A stretch of 64,000 nucleotides of DNA, from contig RDEW01000010.1 of the NCBI GenBank assembly GCA_011109175.1, forward strand, positions 789,837-853,836. Reading direction: 5' to 3'. This DNA is from Dicyema japonicum (lineage: Eukaryota > Animalia > Dicyemida). A model generated the notes under the pieces. The model saw nothing but the letters and a program-made list of their open reading frames with translations. It was not told the DNA's origin and did not search any database. Position 1 is the first letter of the stretch. Each line of letters begins with the position of its first letter. The position numbers and the translations under genes are program-made. Positions 27,141 through 40,140 of this stretch are shown here, piece after piece.

Positions 27141-27839
27141 GAAAATATGCCGTAATTAAATAAAAAACTCTAATCGACATAATTTCAAACAGGTAGGTAG
27201 TTTTTCCCAAAGAGGAAGAGAATCTGTTAAGAAGGAGCCTTAATATATTTATTTGAACATTGATAATTATGTTGAGTGGTGTTGTGCATGTACATTTCTT
27301 CCGCATTAAAGGAAACGTTTCCCAGAGGCGTTCCTACTGAAACAAATACAATGAAGATATTTCAAAGGCGAGAAGTATGTCTGTGGGGTTGTATAAAATC
27401 ACAGGGAAGAGAGTTAGTCTTAAGATGGATGTCTAACTTTAGTTTATTGATTATTATTTTTTTGCCAAATAAAACATTTGATTATGGGTTTTTTACTTGA
27501 TAACATTTAAGCAGCTCAATAATCATGTGAAAAAAAATATTAGACTATATTTTATTAGAAATGGATGTTAACTGGATTCAGATTAACGAAGAGAGTGAAA
27601 ATTATCTTCCTAAAAAACCATCTCGACAGGGGTAGTTGAACTACAACTTTTGAACCAAAATCGTCTCCCAGCAACATTAATTTTTCCGACCCACCAAACA
27701 TTGTCTGAAATGCATAAATTTTAACTTTTTTGGGTTTGAATATCTCAAAACCTATATATTTTTAGAAGTCACAACATGGAGTACTTCGAGACAATCTGAC
27801 AATCCGGTTCTCAGCGATGAATCACTAATGACGGCCTAA

Positions 27840-28080
27840 ATTTGTTTGTCTGTTCTTGCTCTTTCCATTCCCATTAGTGATCCACCTGTCTAGGCACAAA
27901 AAAAGATCATTTGCTCTCTCCCAATCCACTGGAGGGGTTTCCACAACTGCATGTAATGGACGTCTTACCTTTTATGTTGATTTCGGATGGACTCTGTTTC
28001 TGTAGCAGTGGACACTGGATACACTTAACTAGTTGTTTACGTTAACTTCTTTCTCGGTGTATCCGTGGTTAATAAATTAA
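27840..28080 (+). mobile_element. SINE-like family B copy
   Basis: High identity to the reverse complement of 14880-15070. Confidence 0.75.
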
Positions 28081-28399
28081 TGCCATAGTTAGTTAAGAAA
28101 CCATGACATCACTAACTTGTAGGAGACCAGCGGTTATTAAGTAGGACGCAGCAAATGCCGGTCGCTCTCATAGATCGATCAGTCTTGGCAATGTAACAGA
28201 ACAGTGTACTAATTCAGAACATTCAAAAAGGTGATTTGCTTTCAACTCGGATAGGTTGAAAAAGGAACAGGAACATCCAGTTTACGTACGTCAGTAGAAA
28301 TGGATGCTGCCAACAACGTAGACAACCCAGGTTTACCCGGATGTCCCTCGGAAGAGAGGATTCTGATTATACGATTGGAGGAGGGGCCGGTGTAGTATT

Positions 28400-28750
28400 T
28401 TATTATCATCAAGTCTTCGGATGATTCTTATAGAAACAAACACGATTTTTTCCATATGAATATGCTTTCCCAAAATAATTTTTATACTGGAATATCTGAA
28501 TTTGTTGAGATTGATAAACAAACATGCAAATTTCTTATTATGCTGAGGTTGCACCTAAAACCAACTAATAAAAAGAGATTGTATTTATCCAGGAAATGCT
28601 TAGGGAGAGTATTAATGTCAGTTGCCGATACCTCAAAATTTAATAAAAGTTTGGAAAAAATGTCAGCTATCTGTTTAAGGAGTTCTGGATTCCTGCAAAT
28701 ACTTAAAATAAATAAACGTAGCAACTATTGCATGATTTTTAGCCATTAAA
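28400..28750 (+). mobile_element. R4/NeSL-like RT thumb fragment
   Basis: IDKQTCKFLIMLRLHLKPTNKKRLYLSRKCLGR.LMS. Confidence 0.6.
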
Positions 28751-30659
28751 TATGGAATTGGAGATAAAGACAACGTTAACCCTTATTGGATACGATTAAA
28801 TGTAAATCATTGCATTTGGTATTGTTTACGTGTATTGACGTAAAAAATATTGATGTCGACACGTCTAGTGAATGACCTTCAAGAGCCAATAATAGCACAA
28901 TAAGTGAAGTATTGTACTGTCTTCTGCAAGAAAAGAATTTGTTTTTTCGAGTATGGGTTCCATGAGCGATCAATGAAAAAAATAACTAAAACTATTAACC
29001 ATTTAACCGCTAGATATGGTAAACCTTAAACAGCGATTACTTAAGAAGACATAATGAAGTCGTAGGATGCATCCATTTGCATCTCTGTACGAAGTATGAA
29101 ATTAAAAGTCGAAGAGACTAGAATCATCAAGTGCAGGCTATAATTTCTAGCCAAAACGTCGAAATTCTCGTTGATATAAGCCAATAAATCAGATAATTTT
29201 TATAAACGAGAAGTTGAAGAATTAAATTACAATTGAAGTTGGAATAACCTCCAGAATCGCCTCAAAAAGTTAAGATGTAAAAGTTTCACAAATATGACTT
29301 CATTGAGGAGAACTCTATATCTTGGAAAGTCCGTGACAACTCTTTTTTTAAATCGGAAAAAAGATTGGAAAGACAAACAGTAAACTAAAAATAAACAAAA
29401 CCATTATCCTCTACAGCAAATCTAAAAAAATCATGGGAGTCACATTATGTTCTTTTCGCAGCATGTAAAAAACGTTTTAACGAACTAAGAGAATATTAAC
29501 CTCCTAAAGAGTCTCCTAGGATTATGAAGGCTGGTAGCCATCCGGCCTTGATTTCGTATACAAACAGTAAATTGAACCTGTCATATTTTATATTCCCATC
29601 ACGGAGACCTTTCATCTCTTGGACAATTCTGTTCGCAGCCAAAAGAGCTCTTAATATGACAAAACAGTGGACGTCTGGAGTGAAATGTTCAGAACCGACA
29701 CCTCTGGAGGCCTTAATTCGGAAGGAATGGAGGTAATAGTACTTCTATCGGGACAGGAGAGTTCGTTGGCCTGTTCGAACTTGTGTGGGTTCGAGTGGGG
29801 AACGCCGCTCAAGGCTGAGGGCGCTAATTTGTCGCGTAGGGATAGCTTAATTAATTATGGTCTACCAGTGATCTTGTTAAAAAAGTTCCCACTGTCACAG
29901 AAGCAGTCCTTCCAATATCGCACAAGTCTATCCAGAACGAGCATAAAATGTTGAAAACGTCTTTTCCTTTCAGTTGTGAGAACTCCAACAAATGGATGGG
30001 GAGAACCAATACCTTTTACGTGCCATTTTCTAACTGAGCGCCTCCTTAGACAGGCGGATCTTATGACGCTACTGACATTACGCTACTTATGAGAAAAAAA
30101 AAGGGAGAAGCAGAAGAAACAAACAGTAACCACATGGCACCACGTTAACGTTGCCACCACAAGACTTTTTTCAGTTAACTAAAGGAGAAGAATAATTTCT
30201 AACAGATAGGATGAAATGAAATGAAAAAAATTCCAAAGACCACGGTAACACCAAATTAACTAATCTCGTGGTCTTGGCACGCTTCAAAAGAAACTTCAGC
30301 TTGACATGATGATCTTCCTTCGAGCCCACGCAAGTGGGCATCAGCGGCATAACTTTCCTCTTAGTTGCAACGGCACGTTCCTCGGTTCTTACGTATTAAG
30401 GATTCGAAAAGCATTGAAGACTGGAAGTTTCCAGAACTCCATCTTTTCGTAATTTTGGAAGCCCTTTTTTGGCTAACATCGATTTTCAAAAATTTGTCCA
30501 AGAGATAAACGGGCTCTATGAAGCGCACGCATATGAGATTCATGGTTCGACGTATACTTAATAATCCGAAATCCGAAAGACATTTATTAAAAATTTCGGA
30601 TTAATTTATTTTGTTTTTATTTTATTTTTTTTAATTCAAAGTTTTATTTAGGAAAGAAA

Positions 30660-30890
30660 ATAGAGTAACGGTTATATAGAAGCTTCCCTGACTGCGTGGC
30701 AATTCCCTCTCAGGATAGCGAGCGAGATTCGCTCAAATAACCAGCAGCGCTCACGAGGTTCTCCTTTTCGTGTAGCAATTCCGATTCCCTAGACGACTCA
30801 AGAATTCCAGCGTCGCAGGCGCAAGGGAACTAGACGTCTCAACGGCGAGTGGAACAAACAAAAAATCCTTGGGTAGGACCGCGTACTTTT
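30660..30890 (-). mobile_element. CRE-like 3' end fragment
   Basis: KYAVLPKDFLFVPLAVETSSSL...RERCWLFERISLAILRGNCHAVREA. Confidence 0.75.
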
Positions 30891-31216
30891 CCCGTTTTGT
30901 TTTTATTGTATATTTAAATATATTTACATTTCAAATTTAAAATCTTACTGTGCCACGTGGTTAGAGAGATGACCGAATTTTCTATTGCACAGAAAAGAAA
31001 GACTTGTGAAATCAAAATACATCAAAAATAACTTTCAGAGAATTATACCATATCTGTGAAATAAAATTGAAATTTTATATCGTAATTTCGACAGTTTCAA
31101 AAATTCTTATAAACCGTGAAAATGGGAAAACTGATTAACTACGATTAACAAGTCAAGACTGCCAAGTGGTAAACATCATCAACTTGATAATTCACCTGTT
31201 GAATGGATTTCAAAAA

Positions 31217-31402
31217 TTATTATTATTACCCCAGGATCACTGGGTCAAAGAGAAAGAAATAAAAGTTCTCATCTAACTAAGTGATCCCAGACCAACAAAA
31301 GTGAGGACGAGTCCGCCGGGGTCGAAAATACTGAACAGCTCTTCCCATTGGACATGGCATTGGCTCAAAATTTCTGTATGATTGTAGATAATTCGATAGT
31401 AT
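31217..31402 (-). mobile_element. LINE 3' end (family D) with 8-bp inverted repeat and (TAA)n tail
   Basis: Near-identical to 63760-63945. GGATCACT at 31234-31241 pairs with AGTGATCC at 31280-31287. Confidence 0.75.
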
Positions 31403-31559
31403 TTGGATTTCAAGGATCGATGAAATTAATGGTTTTATTACTGAAGATATCATAATTTCAAAAGCTAAGGTATTTGATGAAATGCTTGGAATCAATTATC
31501 CGGAATTTAGTAAAGGCTACACAGATTTAAAGGAAAATTTAATCTTAAGCTAAAAGTTC

Positions 31560-31900
31560 TTCACTAAGAAGCTAGCAGCTTAATACATATGAAATTAATT
31601 TGAATAGACAAAATATAACTGATAAGTTAAAAAAAGTTGACCCTGACGAATTACCAAACATGGATGAAACTGGACTCATTTTTCAATCTTTCCTTTCTAA
31701 AAAAATTCATAAAAAGATAGAAAATGCATAAAGCAATCAAAAGTGAGGACCAATATACAACAGAATGATTTCATTAGTCATCTTAGTGATGAATTAAATT
31801 GTTACGGAAAAAATTATTTTTACTGATTGGCAATGCTCCACTTTTTAACGAATTTTTTTGAAAATTGAAATTTTATTCCTCTCAAAAACACAACTGGCCA
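31560..31900 (+). mobile_element. pogo/Tigger-like DDE_1 transposase relic
   Basis: PDELPNMDETGLIF motif. Confidence 0.5.
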
Positions 31901-32439
31901 TTTAACCAATGGATTCAGGCATAATAAAAAACTTTAAGCATTATTATAGAAAAAGGCTTATTTGGATTTTATGGTAGCCTTTGATTTGGAAAAAAGAATT
32001 TTTTGTGAATTTATGGAAGATTATGATGTGATGTCGATTATGATGTATTATGATGTCGACGAGGAAATTATTGATACTGAAAATGGAGAGATAATTCTGA
32101 TATTTGAAAACATAAATATTAGTATATTTATTCCCTTCACAATCCGAAAGGCATCCAATTTTTTTGTTGAAATTAATGAGGGTTTACTGTAAATGGATTA
32201 TTTATAATGAAATTTAAAGTCACAAGTAAAAGTAATTATTTTATAACGCCCGTCTAACTCAATGTTCTCTTCTTGTGGCCAACTTATATTGTTTGTATAG
32301 TTGTGCTATCGTCCCTGCAAATCTCACATTCTGAAACTACCCAAGGTTGACATTCCATGCTGTCTTCCTCTTCACCAGGCATCGATGCTCCAAATAGATA
32401 TAAGGATAAATAGATATATGTCTAAATTATAGTTTATTA

Positions 32440-32735
32440 TAGTCGGGAGCGCGGTAGACACACTCCATGCCGCGGTAAAAAACGATGAGGGCAAAGGAGA
32501 AGAAATACGAAGCGTTACGCGACCGATTCGCGTTCTATATCATTGTGGTCGAGACAACTGGAGGAATAAGTGGAAAATTGCTTTGTTTCCTAAAGAAACT
32601 TGGACGCCTAGCTACACTAAAAAGCCACTACGCACGTGAGACCCGGTGGCTTTTCCAGTTGATCTCTGTTGCAATCATGAGAGGCAACGCAACTTGATGA
32701 TGTCGGCGAGGTCCACTTTGGATGGATGGCTGTGA
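32440..32735 (+). mobile_element. CRE-like 3' end fragment
   Basis: AKEKKYEALRDRFAFYIIVVETTGG...WLFQLISVAIMRGNAT. Close to 54325-54600. Confidence 0.85.
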
Positions 32736-32739
32736 TAAT

Positions 32740-32995
32740 AATAATATAATAATAACAGCCTTTTTCACGGAGCCGTGGTATTAGCTCCGCATAGGCAGGA
32801 CACACACTTTATTTAAGTAAAGAACAGTTAATTTTAACTAATCGTAGAACCAAGGAATGATCTTCACTTCTTTTTTTCTTTTTCTTGTGTGAGTGTCCTT
32901 TCTAGACAATCCAGTTCCGCAGTGAGTATTCACTGATGACGGCGTCACTCGTCAAACCCTTTCCGCATCGTAGATGCGTGGAACCTTCCACCAGG
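32740..32995 (-). mobile_element. SINE family A, 5'-truncated, with 13-bp TSD
   Basis: Very close to 53370-53624. TGGCTGTGATAAT lies at 32727-32739 and 32996-33008. Confidence 0.9.
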
Positions 32996-33169
32996 TGGCT
33001 GTGATAATTAATTATTAATTTGTTAAATATACTTGTTAATTTGTTTAAATATACGTTTATTATTAATAAAATATTGAAATTCACCATATATTGTTCTTGA
33101 TTTCTCGTTCTTTACTTTTTCTTAATTAATCCAAAAAAGGAATCCTAGGAAGAATATCTGCTTGTGCCT

Positions 33170-33510
33170 ACCAAATCTATCTTCCAATAGTACATTACAG
33201 GTTTCCGCTTTAAAAGAAAGGTGAAGAATTAGGTCCGCCATATTCTATTTTCATTACACATCCTACCGTCTCGGACATCACTTCATTCTTCGTCGGAATA
33301 GTTTTCATAATATAATCATCACCAGAGGATTTGGTCAATAAGAAGGTAGGAAGATACGTTTCAAATTTTGTGTCGTGTTAGAAGGACTCGTCACCCCACG
33401 GGTTTGACGAGATTTGACTTTGACTGAAAAATCCATCTTTCGGTTTCGAACCCACGACCTTCAGATCCGATATCATCAGACGTTACGTTCTGCCATAAGG
33501 ACATAAAACA
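33170..33510 (-). mobile_element. tRNA-headed SINE family C copy
   Basis: Minus-strand head tggcagaacgtaacgtc...ggtcgtgggttcgaaacc (A and B box-like), then the family C body. Confidence 0.75.
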
Positions 33511-34511
33511 CTTAATAATGGAAATATTAGTACTCCTTGGAGGCAGGGCTGTTGTGTGTTGTGTTGCCATGTATTCAAATGATTTTTTTTCCAAAAAGTT
33601 GGTTGAAAATTAAATAAATCTTATCTAAATAAAGTATTAAACTGTATTTCTCAGACTCTTCATTGCTATCAAAGTTATCTTTCTTGTTGATGAGCTAAAA
33701 ACTGTAAAGAGGAAATAATCACAACTTCTTAAATCAAGTAGAGATTTTTGTACAAAAGCACTTTTCTGAAAGATTTTAAGAAAACTGTGAATGACATTTT
33801 ACTGTCTGAGAATTCTCTGGCACATCAACACATGTCGATTTATTCCCTGGATGATAAGCCTTATCTGTTCAATTCTTCCGAAAAAAATTTAGGAAGAAAA
33901 TTGCCTTGTTCCATATTCGTCCAGGACATTTTATATTAAAGATAGGAGTTTTCTAAAAATTCTTTTAGCATGTGTTTAAAATCGGTGGAATTCGACATGT
34001 AACGAAAAAAATTTGGTGATCCCTGATCTCGAAAAGTTAAATAAACATGGTGGTAATTGTCGTGATTAAGATACTTTGTGATGATTTATAGATACAGCGG
34101 AAAATAACGATTAATATGTATACCCAGTGATTAAAAACAGTATGGGCTCAGATAAAATTATTCATTCTATATTTGCTCCTAGGATATACCGAATTCGGTG
34201 TGTGAGAGACAGGATTGATGTGTACAAATACGTCCAAACGATTAATGTAATCCACTTATAAAGGATTTGAAATCCTTCTCGTCTTAAGATCGCTAGCTAA
34301 ATCTGGGAGCGTTGAAGACATTATCATCTGTCTTTCCTCGCTATAAGAAGACGGCTCTCGTGTTATATTATGGTTTTTCCATATACATTTTCGTAATGCA
34401 AAAATGCTGGTAAAACTAAAAAACAACAAAAATAAATAAAAATCCCCAAAACAAAAAATAAGCCGAATAATTATTACTTAAAACAAATTTTTAGATAATT
34501 ATTATTCTTCC

Positions 34512-36088
34512 TTAGTCTGTAATTTCATAGCCTTTTTCCTTTCACGCATCATTTCCTCAAAATCAACGTCCTCCATAATATCAGTGACAAGTCCATATCC
34601 CACCGTAGTCATTGAGTCTCTCAATGTGAACCTCGATCCCTTCTCAATGTACTGCAATTACAACAAAACCCACCATTTTCCGTTGAAGAACAACATCTAT
34701 CTCACAACTCTCCCCTGGCATCAGCATTTCCTGTCCCACCAATTTAAATTATGGCCATTCTGGAGTTCCAAGTCATACAATAGGCCGAAAGATGTTGTCC
34801 CACAATCAAAGGACGATGTCTCCCTCCTTCCTCCTGAGAAATCAAATAAACCAAAAAATAATCACCACACCTCACCTTACAGCGAACATGGTTGAATATT
34901 AAAGGTCCTTTAAATGTTGATGGGACAGCTTTGAGGACCATTCCACGCTTAATCTCGTCCCTCTTTACGTTCTTGAGAAGAGCGCCCATTTGATCCCCAG
35001 CCTGTCCAGAATCAAGCATTTTGTGGAACATTTCGATCCCTGGAAATTTTTAGATACTGGAAACCGTTAATTGTAGTCTTTGAGGCTTTGTCGTAACCAA
35101 GGATCATCGCAGCTTCCCCTTTCTTTACACAACCGCGGAGGACTCGTCCAGAGGCGACAGTCCCCTCCCAGGAATGGTGAATCCGTGCTCAATAGGCATT
35201 AGGAATGGCTGATCATATGGCCGTACAGGCTCAGGTATGTATGAATCCACAATTTGGAGTAATTTGATTACTGCTTCTCTTCCAATTTGAGGTTCCTTGT
35301 TCTAAGCAAATACAATGATAAAATAAACTTCCAAAGCACACAAAGCGGACCCAGACACAACAGGAGTCTCGTCTCCGTTAAATCCATGCTCTGATAGGAG
35401 TTCTCTAACCTCCAGCTCCACCAAATCTAGCATCTCCGAGTCGGCATCGTCAGCCTTGTTAATAAAGACTACAATGTGTTCTAATCCAATCTGAAATGAG
35501 GACCTGATAGACCTGCTTGGCCAACAAAATGTGTTCTTTTGTCTGAGGCATACATCCATCGTTTGCAGCCACGACGAGAATAGCTCCTTCCATTTCTGCC
35601 GTCCCTGTTATCATGTTCTACGAGAATAGGGGATTTGGCATACCTTGATATAATCAGAGTGACCCGGACAGTCGATGTGGCCATAGTGTCTGTTTTCAGT
35701 GGAATATTCCACAAGGGAAGCATTTATTGTGATCCCACGTGATCTTTCTTCTGGTGCATTGTCGATTTCGTCATATCGACAAAACTTAGCCAGTTTGTTC
35801 TCAGACATTACTTATATTAATCACATTTATACTTTTCGTGATGGCAGCCGTTAATGTCGTTTTCCCGTGATCCACGTGGCCGATAGTACCAATATTCACG
35901 TGAGGTTTATCACGTACGAAAACCTGTTTCTTCGATCCACCACCGATTGGAGTAACGGAGAAAACAGGGGAAGACGTGGTTATGCTAGCTTTCTGATATT
36001 TATTACATATTCTGGCTGCACTTTTTGGCAGAGATTTGGTGAACTCTGCAAAATATAATAAATTGCAGTACGATAAAACAGTCGCATT
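34512..36088 (-). CDS. TUFM: Mitochondrial elongation factor Tu
   Basis: [83 protein letters not shown]. Basic N-terminal extension. Introns 22-27 nt. One 1-bp deletion at about 35163. Confidence 0.95.
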
Positions 36089-37479
36089 GTCAAAATGATT
36101 TAATTTTATAATTAATGTTTAAAGTTTTAAAATAAATTTAATTATCGAAACTATTCTATTACTAAAAACATATTCTTAAATCGTTTGCTGATTGCATTTT
36201 AATCGCTTTGAAAAGTCCGTCATAACTTTTCATACAAGAGACTGAGAAGACTACCAATCGAATAAAGGCAAATAACGCCATCATTCCCTTCATCAGATAT
36301 TAAAATATCATAGAGATGATTATTTGTATGCACATGTGATTCCCACTTCATGTTGAAAATGTGGTGAAAAAATACGAAAAGGAGATCAACGTACTAAAAA
36401 GTCTCAAAAGTCGGAAATCACTCTATCCTACCTACGAACAGTAAATCGAGCCATGCATTTCTTACGCATGCGTTTAGTGGAGATCATTCATCTCTTGGAG
36501 AAATGCCATGAATATCGAAGCTAGTCAGAAAAGGCATTCAAACTTACTTCCGGAAATAACTCTACTGAATCTCTAATCCTAAAAACTGAATGGTGTGCTT
36601 TTTTCAGCTATGAGCATATATTTCTACAACCAATAGGCGCTTTTGTGGACTCGAGGGAGGGACATCGCCCCAAGATGATAGTAGTTAGATTGGTGTTATC
36701 GTGGTCTTTGGAATTATCATTTCGGGGACTTTTTCGTACACAAGTTATTCACTATCTGAAAATCTCCTAAGATTCATTGGACTTATTTTTATTGAATGGT
36801 TTGCATTTGACTAACGACAGAAACTCAAATTACAGTTAACGATCACTCATCTCATTCTATAAAATACTTTTCAGATCAAGTCCTCCATAACCATACACAC
36901 AACAAACAGTCGTCAATTTAACCTAGAAACAACGCTGCTTCTAAACAAAACTCCCCTTTCTGTCTTCAAAAACCCTAAAATACTGGATCTGGTATTTGAT
37001 ATTTATTTATCGTTTACAAAACATGCCATATGTATTCTAAAAATCAGCACAAGTTATCAACAATTCAAAAAGCTTCCGACAGACTCATTTTACTAATTCC
37101 GAGTCTGTGCCCCTCAAAAATTTCTACTCAAACGACAACAAAAATTTCTACAGATGGCCAACTTTCAAAACAGGTTTCTCTACAAAATCCTTCTAAGATA
37201 CATTGAACCCATCCCCCCCCACCTCAAATATAGGCTGATTCCATGTCCAATGAGAAGAGCATTACAGGATGTCTGTCCTCACCAGTATCAGCCTCCTCGT
37301 CAGTCTTGGAATTATTTAATTTGCTGAGGAAAAGACACAATAAAATAAATCATAAGAATGCTCATGCACCCTTCAGATATTGAATGGATTAATGCACACT
37401 TTGTATATTGAATAGAATAATACACACTTTACATATTGAATGAAAGAAATAAAAGTGAAATATTAGAACAAGGAAGTCC

Positions 37480-37610
37480 CTGATCTTCCTTAAGAAACTC
37501 GGACGTATGGCCTCGCAGAGAAGCCACGCTGACCGTGAAATGCAATGGTTCATCCAGTTGGTTTCCTTAGAGGTCCAGTAGGGAAACGCTTCATCAATAA
37601 AGTCAGCGGG
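37480..37610 (+). mobile_element. CRE-like 3' end fragment
   Basis: FLKKLGRMASQRSHADREMQWFIQLVSLEV..GNASSI. Confidence 0.6.
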
Positions 37611-37869
37611 AATAAAATGATTAGTTTCTAATTGTTTTCGTTAATAAAATTTTAGAATGAAAAAACTAAAATTATCATTAAATATTTCCTTATTGGAAAT
37701 CTTATTTTTTACACATGAAAAAGACACCAAGACTACTTACTATTGCTAAAAAACATTCAAAAATTATATAATAATATCGTCCCACCTTTAAAGTGAGTTA
37801 TTTGTAAAATATAACCAAGATTCCTAATTCGCATGGAAGACATTGATTATCGATAAGTTAATAAGACAA

Positions 37870-38887
37870 CCCACTTTATTTAACAAACAATAAAAAAGTT
37901 AATATATTTATAATCAACAACCTTCCTCGCCTGCCTGTTCGCCAACCTCCTCAGGCAGGTTCGATTCTGGTTGCTGAAACAACTCCGAGAGCGCTTGTCC
38001 AATTGAACCCTCTGCCCATATGGCATCTCAGGGCTCTGCCTCCTATACTCCAGTGTCAGACTCTCTAGGGTCCGCTTTAATACAGTGGACTGTAGATAGG
38101 CCTGGAGCTTCCTATCTACCCCCAACTGCTTCAGATAACCCTTGTGGTACTTTGTTGCAATCCCTTCCCACGTCATTACTATATGAATAACAAGGACCTT
38201 GCAACCAAGCATCTGCCCCATCTCGTTTGCAAGAAGTCATACTTCTTTTTTTCTCCACCTCCACAGTCTGCAAACGGTCTTGAGACGTGATGCCAATCTC
38301 TATGATAGAGACTTGGCCAGACTCCTTATCGTGTACCACAATGTCCGGTTTATTGTGCTTGACTAGCACCGAAGTACGGATAACACTGTATACCTTAATT
38401 TGGACCCTGGTGTTTCTTACTACAGATTGCACCATGAGTCCGCAACTTTCTGGTGTGGCGAATACCATACTTATTGCATAGAAGATGAAGACTCCTTACT
38501 ACCTCGTTATGCCTCCAACATAGTCGTGGCAAGATGATCCACATCGAGTGGCTAAATGATCAACCGACATGCTCCTTGACTTACAGTGGGGACATGTATT
38601 TATTGATCGACCCCAAAAAAATATTGCGGTCTTGCATATAGGTGTACAGCGCCTCCGATCGAGGTGAGTGTCACCGTATTTTAGCCATATTGTCGACGAC
38701 TTAAGGTCGACATGTGGGTTGTCCAATGCTCTAAGAGGACTTTATGAATTATTTATTGTAAGTTTATTTCCATCAAATTATATAAATATTATATTGTAAT
38801 CGATCAATTCCTTCACATTTACTAGCCCACCATCATCAACACCATACTTAGCAGACAAAAAAGATTTGATAGTACCTAGGTGGGTTG
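37870..38887 (-). mobile_element. R4/NeSL-like 3' fragment, second copy
   Basis: Colinear and highly similar to 571-1595, with several indels. Confidence 0.85.
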
Positions 38888-39174
38888 CAGTTTAAAAGAC
38901 AATATTATATCTCCTGGAATACAGGATAGAGGAAAAAGTTATAGTCTAATTGAGTGATCCCGATGTCAGTGCATCTCCCTCTGTCCGGTTCTGTCTGGAA
39001 ACTTTCAAGAGTGTCCAAAAGAAAAAAGGTTTTTGTTCAAATTTACTATATTATGTAATTAATTTTTGCGAATTTTAGTAAACCATTATTAAATTATAAT
39101 TTTATTTATAATAATAATTTAAAGTCAAATTGCGGTTTTTGCCGCTTTTGAGTTGTTAATCCTCGTAAATATTA

Positions 39175-39803
39175 ATGGAAGAATCAACTGATGTCAATTA
39201 CAAATTAAAGTAAGAATTTTTTGGTGTCACCAAGGTTTGAAGAAGTAAGCCTTGAATTAAAGGAGTTTGTAGACTCTAGTCGACAGATCGAGACTGAATA
39301 TGAGAGACAACTGCAGGAACTCGAAAATATACTCAACCGATCCCAATCTGAGAACCAAAAACTAAAACTCCAACTAGACAACCTTAAAGTAGCCATAAAT
39401 TTCAATATTCTAGAAAGATCACCAACTGAGCAGTTTATCGTGGAATAAGCAACAACTACAACTCCAGCAGTCCCTTACCTTCACCAAGGATTTATTAGCC
39501 AATTCCAAGGACCAGGTTCGGTCTCTTCAGAATGAGAACGACTTCCTTAATATAAAACTGAGAGAGTCCCTCTCTAAGGAGCAGAAGGCGTGTGAGAATT
39601 ATAATAATGTGAGATGAAGGTGTTATTAAAGACATTGGAGAAGTCAGCCATATTGGAGACCGTCATTGCACAGAAGGATGCAGTGATATGTGATTTGAGC
39701 AGGTGGAAACAGATTATTATGGGTTTTTGTGGTTATTATTGCCTAGAAGAGGATCCTTCATTTGAGAAGAGACATAAGATATGATTTGATTTTTATAATT
39801 TAA
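39175..39803 (+). CDS. NDEL1: NudE/NDEL1-like dynein regulator (coiled-coil N-terminal domain)
   Basis: Spliced: MEESTDVNYKLK-RFEEVSLELKEFVDSSRQIETEYERQL...ENQKLKLQLDNLK-...VRSLQNENDFL...LEKSAILE. Matches the recalled ELxEFQExSRELEAELExQL and LEQxNDDLE motifs. 3' end approximate. Confidence 0.75.
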
Positions 39804-39849
39804 TAAAATTATTTTATGTCTTTATCTCCCCTTTTCAAGGTTTTCATGT

Positions 39850-40140
39850 TGGTAAACCTCCTCTTACTGGAACCTACAACGATTGTAGGGACAGAAAGGA
39901 TCTTCTTACCTTTATCCCTGAACAAATCCAGTGGTGAAGATTACATTCTGAGAACTCTTCCGTCTAAGAATTAAGTGATGTCCGACGGTAGGACGTGTGA
40001 TGGAAATGGAGGAGGGTGAACCTAATTCCCACCTTTCTTCAGAAGCTGAAGCCTGCAATGGACTATTGGAGGATGGATTTGGTCGCCACAAGCAGATATT
40101 CTCCCTTGTGGATCCTTCCTTGGATAAATTAGTTATGACA
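39850..40140 (+). mobile_element. SINE family C body (5'-truncated)
   Basis: Homologous to the reverse complement of 22960-23170 and 33170-33350. Confidence 0.7.

Noticed and set aside
27600-27720. PIF1/Helitron or Merlin transposase motif
   Set aside because: Only a few residues resemble either family, which is too little to call.
32925-32960. CTGATGA in the SINE A antisense strand as a hammerhead ribozyme core
   Set aside because: It is followed by a TGACG/CGTCA hairpin and TCAAAC, not stem II plus GAAA, so the catalytic core is incomplete.
33600-34420. Possible gene downstream of EF-Tu
   Set aside because: I could not build a consistent spliced frame on either strand or recognise a motif.
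37375-37445. About 28-nt direct repeat, 2.5 units
   Set aside because: A short AT-rich local duplication with no recurrence elsewhere in the window.
571-38887. Two R4-like copies as one fixed-length non-autonomous unit with inverted ends
   Set aside because: The first copy extends about 45 nt further 5' in coding frame. The 8-bp inverted match (caacccac/gtgggttg) is present only at the second copy and is likely chance.
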